Of a stretch of 32,000 nucleotides of DNA, positions 18,354 through 27,474 are shown in pieces. The notes below the pieces were generated by a model that saw only the letters and a program-made list of their open reading frames with translations, had not been told where the DNA came from and made no database searches. Source of the stretch: Nitrosospira multiformis ATCC 25196 (GTDB taxonomy: Bacteria > Pseudomonadota > Gammaproteobacteria > Burkholderiales > Nitrosomonadaceae); contig NC_007614.1 of assembly GCF_000196355.1 (NCBI RefSeq), positions 690,001 through 722,000 on the forward strand. Reading direction: 5' to 3'. The first letter of the stretch is position 1. The number at the start of each line of letters is the position of its first letter. Position numbers and translations under genes: made by a program.

Positions 18354-18668
18354 TTAAAACAGTTTGTCCTGCTCCGGCATGGCAGCATCGAGCATTGCCT
18401 GCATGTGATCGATTCTACGCCTAAATTCTTCCGTGTCAAAGCCTTCCTTGCTTCTTGCCTTGAGCAACTCATGGGTGATATTCAGGGCTGCCATGACAGT
18501 GATGCGCTCAGAGCCGAGTACTTTGCCGCTGTCCCTGATTTCGCGCATCTTCTTGTTGAGATAGGCTACCGCTTGCAGCAACCCCTCGCGATCTTCATCC
18601 GAGCAGCTCACCCTGAATTCACGCCCCATGATAGTGACATCCAGGGGCTTGCCTGTGCCTGTATTCAT
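18354..18668 (-). CDS. zapA: Cell division protein ZapA
   Basis: 104 aa from ATG 18668: LDVTIMGREFRVSCSDEDREGLLQAVAYLNKKMREIR......ERITVMAALNITHELL, a typical ZapA. The ORF-track N-terminal extension was rejected. The start overlaps the upstream gene's stop (ATGA). Confidence 0.9.
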   Translation of the reverse strand: MNTGTGKPLDVTIMGREFRVSCSDEDREGLLQAVAYLNKKMREIRDSGKVLGSERITVMAALNITHELLKARSKEGFDTEEFRRRIDHMQAMLDAAMPEQDKLF

Positions 18669-18868
18669 TCTTTGCTCTCGGGAATGCGCGACAAAAGAAC
18701 TTCGAGCTGTGAGGCAGCCGCACCTATTTTTTCCACCAATAGCCGGTTGTGGCTCGTAGTAACTGCCAGTTGCTGGCGCAACTGAATATTCTCCGTGCGC
18801 AGTTGCTGACACAAGCGTACGAATTGGGTGATTTTTTCTTCCAGAGTATCCAGTTCGGGTTCCATCAA
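18665..18868 (-). CDS. ZapB-like / TIGR02449-type small coiled-coil protein
   Basis: A 67-aa heptad-repeat protein (LEEKITQFVRLCQQLRTENIQLRQQL) that is translationally coupled to zapA. Confidence 0.6.
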   Translation of the reverse strand: MMEPELDTLEEKITQFVRLCQQLRTENIQLRQQLAVTTSHNRLLVEKIGAAASQLEVLLSRIPESKE

Positions 18869-19020
18869 GGCACTATAGTTTGGAAATCCTCAGTCAGTCA
18901 ACTACTAACCTGGTCTTTCGAATATGGCTCCAGGAAAGGTGTGGAATATATGAGACAGCTCAGCTTCCGGCAAGGGTTTTCAATCATTTCGCATGATTTA
19001 TTCTACGGTTCTGGTAGAAT

Positions 19021-19245
19021 GCCGCCTCGTTTGAGGTGCCTGATCGCTTCCGCGGTCGGGTTAAACGGGAACCAGGTCAGAGATCGATGAAGGTCTCCGG
19101 ATGCCTGGGCTGCCCCCGCAACGGTAAGCAGGCGTGGACGTATCAGGGAAGCTTCTCAAGGTTTCCTAATGCCACTGTGAATTCTTCAATTCATGGGAAG
19201 GCGATACGTCAAATCCTGCGAGCCCGGATACCGGCCTCGGATGCG
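19021..19245 (+). promoter_or_regulatory. Cobalamin (B12) riboswitch
   Basis: The conserved core elements appear in order: gttaaacGGGAAccaGGTcagA..., cctgGgCTGcCCCCGCAACGGTAAgc, GCCACTG...GGGAAGGC, and the B12-box-like gAGCCCGGATACCGGCC. This parallels the E. coli btuB leader recalled from memory. A possible extended -10 promoter (TGgTAGAAT, 19012-19020) lies just upstream. The element sits 5' of a TonB-dependent receptor. Confidence 0.85.
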
Positions 19246-19361
19246 TACGGACATATCGCGTGGGGCGGTATCCGATCGATATTTCTTTCGTTCGAAGCTC
19301 CCACGATATTTTCCTGTTTCCTTGTTCTCACGGCGGGGATGCATATTCCCGGGCAATTATC

Positions 19362-21428
19362 ATGGGTTTGTTTCGCAGGCATCTCTTGCCATGGATGTTT
19401 ATTTCCGTTCCTTCAGGGGCTCTTGCCGTATCCAGCGATCCGGCGGAGAGATTGCTCCCTGATGTCGTTGTCACAGCAACCCGCTTCAGCGAGTCCATCG
19501 ACAAACTGCCCAGCGGAGTTTCCATCGTCAATGCGGAACAGATCAGAAACAGCGCCGCTACGACTTTGCCGGAGTTGCTGCAACAACTGTCTGGCATACA
19601 CACGAGAAATGTCGATGGCAGCCCCGACCCACAGATCGATATACGCGGATTTGGTATCACCGGCGACCAGAACACCCTGGTTTTGCTGGATGGTCAACGC
19701 ATGAACGAAAATGAATTGACCGGTATCCGCTGGTCGACGATTCCTCTCGATACTATCGAACGCATCGAAGTATTGCACGGCAGCGGTAGCGTCGTTTATG
19801 GAGCAGGAGCCACCGGGGGTGTCATCAATATCGTTACACGCGCTGCCAAGCCGGGTCGCATATCGGGTACGGGGGGAGTTTCCTTCGGCAGCTACAGCGG
19901 CACGGAATTCAACGGAACGTTCAACGCGGCAGGAAACAACGTTGGGCTGGCGCTCACGGCCAATGCGTTGCGAACAGATAACTACCGCGTGAATAACGCG
20001 TTGCGTCAATCGAATCTGCAGGGCGATCTGCGTTACCTGTTCAGCAGCGGCAGGGCGTTGCTGAAGTTCGGACTGGATGATCAGAAGCTGGAACTCCCTG
20101 CCAATCGCACTGAAGCACAGTTGCAAACCGACCGGAAAGGCACCTCGACTCCTCGCGATTTCAGCACCCGCCAAGGTGCCTACGTCACACTGAGAGGAGA
20201 GAAAGAGACGGAATTCGGTGATCTTGCCGCGGACCTTTCATTTCGGGACAACCACCGTACCGCATTATTCGACGATTACAATCTGGACGGCTTCAACGCC
20301 AAAACATTCGTCAATTCCCGCTCAGACCAGTGGCTGTTCAACCCGAGGATGAAGCTGCCCTTTGCGGCTTTCGGCATGGAGCACGAACTGGTACTGGGCG
20401 TGAATTTCGAATGGTGGGATTATCGATCGAGACGGTTTACCGGACCGGAAACAGTACCAGGTTCGGCATCCGCCGATATCCCGAGAACGGATGTAGTGGC
20501 GACCCAGCTAAACCGTGCCATTTATTTTCAACACGCCTCCACTTTACCTAAAGGTACCGTTGTCAGCCTTGGAGGGCGACTGCAATGGGTAGACAACCGG
20601 GCGAATGACCGTTTCAATCCCGCTGTCTACGCCAGCGGCCGGCAGAGCCGTATGGTTTATGCCTATGATGCAGGTCTTCGCCAGCCTCTGGGGGAAGCTT
20701 TTTCGGCCTATGGCAGATTTGGGCGCAGTTTCCGGATAGCGACAGTGGACGAAAACTACAACCAGTTTGGCGGTCCAATGTTCGATTCCATAGTGAAGAT
20801 TCTCGAACCGCAAACTGCCCATACTGGGGAGCTCGGACTGGATTACAAGCAGAAGTCCCTACGTGCGCGCGCTTCGCTTTACCGCACCAACCTCAACAAT
20901 GAAATCAGCTTCATAAACATAGACCCATTCCTGTTTTTTGCCAACGTCAATCTGCCGCCCACGCGACGGCAAGGTTTCGAGCTGGAAGGTTCATGGACGG
21001 TAACGGGCGCACTCGATATATTCGGCAGCTATACGTTTATCGATGCACGCTTTCGGAAGGGAGACTTTGGCGGTGTGGATGTATCCGGAAATCTCGTTCC
21101 GCTGGTGCCGCGCCACAAGGTCTCAGCGGGTGGTACATACCGGTTGGGATCCAGTACCCGTGCGGCAGTAGTCATGAATTATGTAGGTGAACAGGTTTTC
21201 GATAACGATCAAGCCAACACCGCCACGGGTCGTATGCCGGATTATGTCACGGTAGATCTCAAGGTGACTCATCAGATGAGGAAACTGCTGTTGAGCATGG
21301 CGGTGAACAACCTGTTTGATGAAAAGTATTTTTCCTATGCCATTCGCAATTCAGCGGGTACGAGCTTCAGTGCGCTACCTGCCCGGGAACGCAACGTCTG
21401 GCTGACGGTAAAGTATCAATTCGACTGA
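19362..21428 (+). CDS. TonB-dependent outer-membrane receptor, BtuB-like by riboswitch context
   Basis: A signal peptide is followed by a TonB-box/plug start DVVVTATRFSE. Plug motifs are present (RGFG...TLVLLDG, IERIEVLHGSGSVVYG), followed by a long beta-barrel. The start at ATG 19362 is preferred over 19260. Confidence 0.9.
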   Translation: MGLFRRHLLPWMFISVPSGALAVSSDPAERLLPDVVVTATRFSESIDKLPSGVSIVNAEQIRNSAATTLPELLQQLSGIHTRNVDGSPDPQIDIRGFGITGDQNTLVLLDGQRMNENELTGIRWSTIPLDTIERIEVLHGSGSVVYGAGATGGVINIVTRAAKPGRISGTGGVSFGSYSGTEFNGTFNAAGNNVGLALTANALRTDNYRVNNALRQSNLQGDLRYLFSSGRALLKFGLDDQKLELPANRTEAQLQTDRKGTSTPRDFSTRQGAYVTLRGEKETEFGDLAADLSFRDNHRTALFDDYNLDGFNAKTFVNSRSDQWLFNPRMKLPFAAFGMEHELVLGVNFEWWDYRSRRFTGPETVPGSASADIPRTDVVATQLNRAIYFQHASTLPKGTVVSLGGRLQWVDNRANDRFNPAVYASGRQSRMVYAYDAGLRQPLGEAFSAYGRFGRSFRIATVDENYNQFGGPMFDSIVKILEPQTAHTGELGLDYKQKSLRARASLYRTNLNNEISFINIDPFLFFANVNLPPTRRQGFELEGSWTVTGALDIFGSYTFIDARFRKGDFGGVDVSGNLVPLVPRHKVSAGGTYRLGSSTRAAVVMNYVGEQVFDNDQANTATGRMPDYVTVDLKVTHQMRKLLLSMAVNNLFDEKYFSYAIRNSAGTSFSALPARERNVWLTVKYQFD

Positions 21429-21714
21429 GCCCCTGAGCATTTGAGTGTGCCCCCTTCCGGCTCCGCCAGGTCACGCGCCCACGCTCCGGTCGCCATTTGG
21501 CTGCCTTTCCCGAGCCTTCTGGCATCGTTCCCATGTAAATTGTCGGCCTGTACGCGCATCGCGCGCGTTCTGATCATTCTGATTTCGCCAGCAATGAGCC
21601 GTGCGAGGGGTTTACAAAGATTGCCTGAACTCCCGTTGCTTTCCACACTTTATCCCCCGCCAAGGCGAGTGCCATAATACGGCTTTTGCCAAACCTGCCG
21701 CATCTGCTCCCACA

Positions 21715-23586
21715 ATGCGGCCTGTACGTCTCATGCAAAATACACAAAATACCGGCGCCCGACAGTTATGCCTGCGCCTGACGAGATACGTTGCGCCGTA
21801 CTGGGACGCGATCATCCTTGCAACAGGGTGCATGATCGCGACAGCGGCGACCGTTCCCATGCTGGCGGCGTTGATGCAGCCGACCATGGACGAAGTTATC
21901 GCGAACAGGAACCCCGAGTTGCTGCAACTCGTGCTTTTGGGAATCATCAGCTTGTTTGCAGTGCGCGCAGTAGCCGGACACCTCGCGACTTACGTACTCC
22001 ATTGGGCGGGCAGCAAACTGGCAGTGGATTTACTCTGCGAGATATTCGACAAGCTGCTCGTATTGCCGCATTCGTATTACGAATCCTGCCCCGGCAGCAA
22101 TCACATTTCGGTCGATCATGTCTCCAGGATAACATCGGATGCTCCGGAGGTAGCGCGCGCTTTTGTCAACGTGATGACGGTCATGATCAGAGACACATCC
22201 ACCGTCATTGGCTTGCTTGGCTGGATGTTTTATCTCAATTGGCCGCTTGCCCTGCTGATTTTGTTGATGTCATCGGTGATTCTGCTGGTCACGCAATTGC
22301 TTGGAGAGCGGCTGCGGGAAATGGGACGGGAAAGCGAGCGAGCGATAGAGGGTCTCACCCGGATTCTGAAGGGCGCTGCACTGAACTTCATGGTGGTCAA
22401 GCTCTATGGCGGTGAGCAGTATGAGAACCAGCGCATGAGGGAACAGGCGGAGGAGGCACGCCGATTTTTCATGAAGCGGGCTGCTGTTGCCTCTCTTTAT
22501 GTTCCCTTGATACAAACCATTGGTGCTGCCGCTATAGTCCTCACCCTTTATTTTGCCGCAAATGAAGCAGTCGCCAGTGAACTCACGACAGGAAGCTTTG
22601 CTTCTCTTATTACGGCCATTCTGCTGCTGATTGTTCCGGGGAGGCGAATAGCTGAAGTGGGAGGAACCTTCCAGCGCGGGCTGCTCGCGGCTGGAAGCCT
22701 GTTCTCGTTACTTGACGGGGAAGTGGAATCGGAGACAGGAACCGTCGTGATTCAGCGGGTGCGTGGAGAGCTGCAATTCGAGGAAGTCGGCTACGGCGAA
22801 CGTACAGAGCGTAATCCAGGCACCTCGTTAAAGGTTCGCTCCCTGGGGAATTCCGATCCTGCAGCAGTACTGAGACGTGGACTAAATTCCGGATTGCATG
22901 ATGTTACCTTGATCATTCAGCCGGGCGAGACGGTGGCGGTGGTTGGCTGCGCGGAAACCATGGATGTACTTACGTATATGGTGCCGCGTTTCCTTACTCC
23001 CACATCCGGGAGAATTCTCCTGGACGGACATGATCTCAGGAGCATCACGCTGGCGAGCTTGCGGGCCAACATTGCATTAGTATCTCCGCACACGACGCTG
23101 TTCAATGACACTGTCGCGGCGAATATTGCATATGGTGCAATGGGGCGGGCCACTGAAGCACGGATTACGTGGGCAGCTCGCGCTGCTCATGCATCCGAGT
23201 TCATCCGGAAGCTGCCGGATGGGTTGCAGACTATGGTCGGGGATGGCGGCGTAGAACTCCCCGTGAGTCAGCGGGTGCGCATCGCCGTTGCGCGGGCGCT
23301 TCTGAAAAATGCACCTCTATTGATCCTGAACGAGAAGCTGGGAATGCTCGAGCCGGATTCTGTGCCTCTTGTGCAGGCAGCATTCGATACCGTGATGCAA
23401 GGTCGTACCACGTTCGTTATTGCAGATCGTTTATCCACTCTGGAGAAAGCAGATCAGGTTGTCATGGTGGACAAGGAGCGCATTGTGGACAGGGGCTCAC
23501 ATCGGGAGCTGATGGCAAGAGATGGGGCTTATACCCGGTTGATCCGCAGAGTATTCGGTTCAAAAACTGCGGTAGCCGCCCGGTAA
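21715..23586 (+). CDS. MsbA-like ABC exporter half-transporter (TMD-NBD) with degenerate nucleotide-binding motifs
   Basis: The TMD is collinear with MsbA (six helices, ...YGGEQYENQR... region). The NBD scaffold is conserved (LDGHDLRSITLASLRANIALVSP..LFNDTVAANIAYG), but the Walker A, signature, Walker B and H-loop motifs are all replaced (see findings). The start is uncertain (21715 or 21733; no clear RBS). Confidence 0.88.
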   Translation: MRPVRLMQNTQNTGARQLCLRLTRYVAPYWDAIILATGCMIATAATVPMLAALMQPTMDEVIANRNPELLQLVLLGIISLFAVRAVAGHLATYVLHWAGSKLAVDLLCEIFDKLLVLPHSYYESCPGSNHISVDHVSRITSDAPEVARAFVNVMTVMIRDTSTVIGLLGWMFYLNWPLALLILLMSSVILLVTQLLGERLREMGRESERAIEGLTRILKGAALNFMVVKLYGGEQYENQRMREQAEEARRFFMKRAAVASLYVPLIQTIGAAAIVLTLYFAANEAVASELTTGSFASLITAILLLIVPGRRIAEVGGTFQRGLLAAGSLFSLLDGEVESETGTVVIQRVRGELQFEEVGYGERTERNPGTSLKVRSLGNSDPAAVLRRGLNSGLHDVTLIIQPGETVAVVGCAETMDVLTYMVPRFLTPTSGRILLDGHDLRSITLASLRANIALVSPHTTLFNDTVAANIAYGAMGRATEARITWAARAAHASEFIRKLPDGLQTMVGDGGVELPVSQRVRIAVARALLKNAPLLILNEKLGMLEPDSVPLVQAAFDTVMQGRTTFVIADRLSTLEKADQVVMVDKERIVDRGSHRELMARDGAYTRLIRRVFGSKTAVAAR

Positions 23587-23824
23587 ACTGCAACAGATCA
23601 TGGACGTTCTATCTGCCATGAGGCTTAGGCTCGGAACCCACTACGCCCAGAAATATTTCTGTCGGTATTTGTCAGCTCATAGATGCCCTGAGGGGAAAGC
23701 GCGAGCATCATCTTCTACATTGCCGGAGCCGTTTCCGTTCAATCAAGCGCGAGTACGGATACATCCAAGACGAGTTTCTGTCGGTGGCGCGGAAGATTGC
23801 ATGAGAAACTTTCATTGAGCTTGC

Positions 23825-23835
23825 GGGGGGGGGGG
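23825..23835. repeat. G11 homopolymer tract
   Basis: Eleven consecutive G in a non-coding or decayed region downstream of the ABC gene. Confidence 0.95.
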
Positions 23836-25309
23836 CAGTTGAAGTGAGCTTTATTCTGACTGAGGAAAGGACAACGTTTTCTGGCTGTCTTGAAGGAGGA
23901 AAAGCTGTAACTATTTAGTGTCGAGTTCCCAGTGGAGCCCAGGACTTTATCCAGATAACTGCGGCGCTTTTGCAAGGAACCGATTTGCGAGTCACTCTGG
24001 CTCTTCGTGAGTGGACAGGGGAAAATTTGCCATCTTCATTACGGCAGGCATGGCGAAATTAATGGAGTAATCCTGTCGGACGGCACGAGTGTCCGCTTTC
24101 CGCGCGAAGTATTACCAATTCGAGCCAATGTTAAAAGTCGGACAGAGCATTACGGCATCGGGCTACGGCACCAAAATCAATTCGCCCAAGCACTAGAGGC
24201 ACCCAGCTAGGCTTTTCAGGGCAACAGGATAGTCTCTCGTATTCCTCAATATCCCCGATGTGGAGCAAGGAATAGCTTGCCGATGTTGCGTCAGCCGAGA
24301 GTCAACCTAATATACCTGTCCCGCTTTCAAGAAGCTGGATTCAGAGCGTTAATATCTGTTCTGCATTAGGCTGCCGGTACCTCATCTTATGGCTCCCTTT
24401 AGGGTTTAGGGGCGTGGAAAGATTGCTACCTTTAACCGGCTATTGGCATGAGGGAAACCTTAAATTCGAAAAAGCATCCAGTCTGGTTAAATTTGTATAC
24501 GCATATTCGAACTTTCAGGCTGCACCCCACCTCACCGGCTTTAGTCGGTAGTTATTGGGCGAATTATTGGGCAAATACCCTATCAAACAAGAAAAACACG
24601 GTCCACTGACGTGGTGGAACTTATCATCATCTCGTGCCCCTCCATCTTGAATGCAAGTGAATACTGGGAACTGGAGAAGGTGAGGTTACGAACAGAACTT
24701 CAAACATCCTGGAGTTATTATGCGTTCAGCAGGCAAAAAATGTCCTGCTGCTGTTGAATTCTGTAAACAGAGTTTTATCTGCAGTACATGGAGAACAAGC
24801 AATCATTATTTTTCTCGAACATGGAACAGCATAGGTTTCAATGCTACAAGTTTTTACCGGTACACCTACAGCCAGGCCCTAGTTAAACCACTCTATTCAA
24901 GGCTTGGAGTTTTTCTACAGAGGAAGGGCCAGGAGTAGATTTCTGCTTTGTTATCCACCTCCGTTACTCCATTACCCTTCAATGTCAAAATCCTTATGGA
25001 GGGCTTTCGTGTTTATCAAGGATAGCGAATAGCGAAACAGCCTGTTTCTACGCTTACTCCAGCTGGGTGTGGATGCTCCTTGTTCGTTTCGCAACTGGTT
25101 TCTCCGGTCATAAGCTCCAACTAAGGACACGATCAGGAGCAACGCTACTGTGCTGCTACGAATACATGGGACAGGGATAGTCGCGTTTATTCCCGTACCT
25201 GAAGTCCGCGTGCCCATTAAATATGTTTATATCGAAAATCACAGATTGATTCGTCCCGATCAGGAAGAGGAAAGGACAGATAGAGCATGGATAAGAAAAA
25301 CGAAAAAGC

Positions 25310-27409
25310 ATGAAAAAAGAGTTTGAATTGAATTACTCACTCTCCGTGCTGAAAGCAGCGATAGAGGCAACGGTTGACGGCCTTCTGGTTACAGATAGAC
25401 GGGGCAAGGTGCTTTGCTACAACCAGCTTTACGTGAATATGTGGCCCATTCCAGGTGAACTCCTGGCTCATGCGAGACACCAGGCAATCCTGGGCTATTG
25501 TGCCGGGCAATTAAGAGATCCCGAGCAATTCCTGCGCTCAATCGAGGAAATTTATGCGACCTTGGCACCAGAAAGCTTTAATGTCTTTGAATTTCGCAAT
25601 GGCAGGGTATTTGAGCGATGTGCAAAAGTCAAAACTCTGGAAGGATCTGACATCGTGCTCGTTTGGAGCTTCAGGGACATTACTGAACGAAGACAGGGGG
25701 AGAGCTACAAAGCGCAGTTAGCGGCAATCGTCGAGTCCTCGAATGACGCCATCATTGTCAAGGATCTCAACGGCATTATTACCGGTTGGAATGCCGCGGC
25801 AGAAGAGCTTTTTGGATATCGTTCCGGCGAAATAATAGGCTCTTCCATATTGACGCTGATTCCGCCCGACCGCCTGGAGGAAGAGGACAGAATCATGAAC
25901 CTCGTCAAGAGCGGGAAACGCACGGACCATTTTGAAACCGTGCGATGGGGGAAGGGCAAGAAATCGATTGATGTCTCCGTCACGATATCCCCGGTGAAGG
26001 ATAGCGCCGGCAATATCATTGGTGCATCAAAGATTGCACGGGATATCACTCAGCGCAAGGAATCACAAGAACGTATCGAGTATCTCGCCCATTACGATTT
26101 GCTGACCGGCCTGCCCAACCGCGCGCTGTTCACCGACCGCATGAGGATCGCGATCGAGAACGCCAGCCGCTATGCCTTCCGGCTGGCATTACTATTCGTG
26201 GACCTCGATCGCTTCAAGCTGATCAACGATTCGCTTGGTCATGCAATCGGCGACAAGCTGCTCAAGGCAGTTGCAGAGCGCATGCAGTCCACGGTTCGCC
26301 AGGCGGATACAGTCAGTCGGCTGGGGGGGGATGAGTTCGTTGTCCTGCTGGGCCGGATTCATACAGCGACGGAGGCGGCGCGAGTTGCCGAGAAGCTTAT
26401 TGCAGTCTTGTCTCAGCCCTATCAAATAGAACAGCATGAACTCTTGCTGACCGCAAGCGTCGGGATCAGCATTTATCCGGATAGCGGTAAGGACGTCAAC
26501 AGCTTGATGCGCAATGCCGACGTTTCGATGTATTCGGCCAAGGGGCAGGGCAGGAACCGCTACCAGTTCTATTCTGAAGATTTGACTTCCGGCGCAGACG
26601 AGCGGCTCAGGCTGGAATACGACCTGCGCAGCGCTCTTGCGCGTGACGAAATTTTCCCGGTCTACCAGCCACAGCTGGAGCTTGCTACCGGACGCGTGGT
26701 AGGCGTGGAGGCGCTCATGCGCTGGAAGCACCCCGAGCGAGGGCTAGTCTCCCCTGCAAGCTTTATTCCCGTAGCCGAGGACAGCGGTTTGATTCTGTCT
26801 CTGGGGGAGCACATCCTGAGGGAATCCTGCCTGCAGGCACGCCAATGGCATGAGCAGCAGGGATTCGAGGGAACAATCGCGGTAAACGTTTCAGCAGTAC
26901 AATTCCGTCAGAATGATTTCACGGATGTTGTACTGCGCGCACTTGCAGACAGCGGTCTTTCGCCAGAATGCCTGGAACTCGAGTTGACCGAAAGTGTGGT
27001 GATGCATGGAGTGGAATCGGCTACACAGAAAATGTGCTTCCTGGAGTCCCGGGGTATAAAACTGGCTATTGACGATTTCGGTACCGGCTATTCCAGTTTG
27101 TCCTATTTGCGGCAATTTGCCATTGACCGGCTAAAAATAGATCGAAGCTTCGTTCGTGATCTCCCCCAGGACACTGATGCCAAAGCTATTATTCGCGCCA
27201 CTGTGGCAATGGGGCGCAGCCTTGGCTTACGTGTAATGGCGGAAGGTGTAGAGACGGAAGGGCAAGCGGAGTATTTGCGAAGCGTTCAATGCGATGAAAG
27301 CCAAGGCTATCTGTATGCAAGGCCAATGAGGCCAGATGATTTTGAAGCCTGGCTAAAGGGTAGGAAGCCAGATTTTAGGGGCTCGCGCTATCAAATGGCG
27401 CAATCGTAA
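25310..27409 (+). CDS. PAS-PAS-GGDEF-EAL signalling protein (diguanylate cyclase/phosphodiesterase)
   Basis: There are two PAS modules ending RDITERR and ARDITQRK. The GGDEF domain has an intact RLGGDEF and an RxxD I-site (RQAD) five residues upstream. The EAL domain has EALMRW, DDFGTGYSSL, KIDRSF, EGVET and QGY. Confidence 0.95.
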   Translation: MKKEFELNYSLSVLKAAIEATVDGLLVTDRRGKVLCYNQLYVNMWPIPGELLAHARHQAILGYCAGQLRDPEQFLRSIEEIYATLAPESFNVFEFRNGRVFERCAKVKTLEGSDIVLVWSFRDITERRQGESYKAQLAAIVESSNDAIIVKDLNGIITGWNAAAEELFGYRSGEIIGSSILTLIPPDRLEEEDRIMNLVKSGKRTDHFETVRWGKGKKSIDVSVTISPVKDSAGNIIGASKIARDITQRKESQERIEYLAHYDLLTGLPNRALFTDRMRIAIENASRYAFRLALLFVDLDRFKLINDSLGHAIGDKLLKAVAERMQSTVRQADTVSRLGGDEFVVLLGRIHTATEAARVAEKLIAVLSQPYQIEQHELLLTASVGISIYPDSGKDVNSLMRNADVSMYSAKGQGRNRYQFYSEDLTSGADERLRLEYDLRSALARDEIFPVYQPQLELATGRVVGVEALMRWKHPERGLVSPASFIPVAEDSGLILSLGEHILRESCLQARQWHEQQGFEGTIAVNVSAVQFRQNDFTDVVLRALADSGLSPECLELELTESVVMHGVESATQKMCFLESRGIKLAIDDFGTGYSSLSYLRQFAIDRLKIDRSFVRDLPQDTDAKAIIRATVAMGRSLGLRVMAEGVETEGQAEYLRSVQCDESQGYLYARPMRPDDFEAWLKGRKPDFRGSRYQMAQS

Positions 27410-27474
27410 GCATTCCAACCACCATTCAGCATTTGGGTCAAAAGCTGCAACGGCAATGCAACAAGAAGCAGCGC

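Noticed and set aside
24720-25217. Small ORFs at 24720-24938 (plus) and 24972-25217 (minus) in the gene-poor stretch.
   Set aside because: They lack Shine-Dalgarno sequences, are Cys/Ser/Arg-rich, and have no recognisable motifs. They are probably random ORFs in AT-richer DNA.
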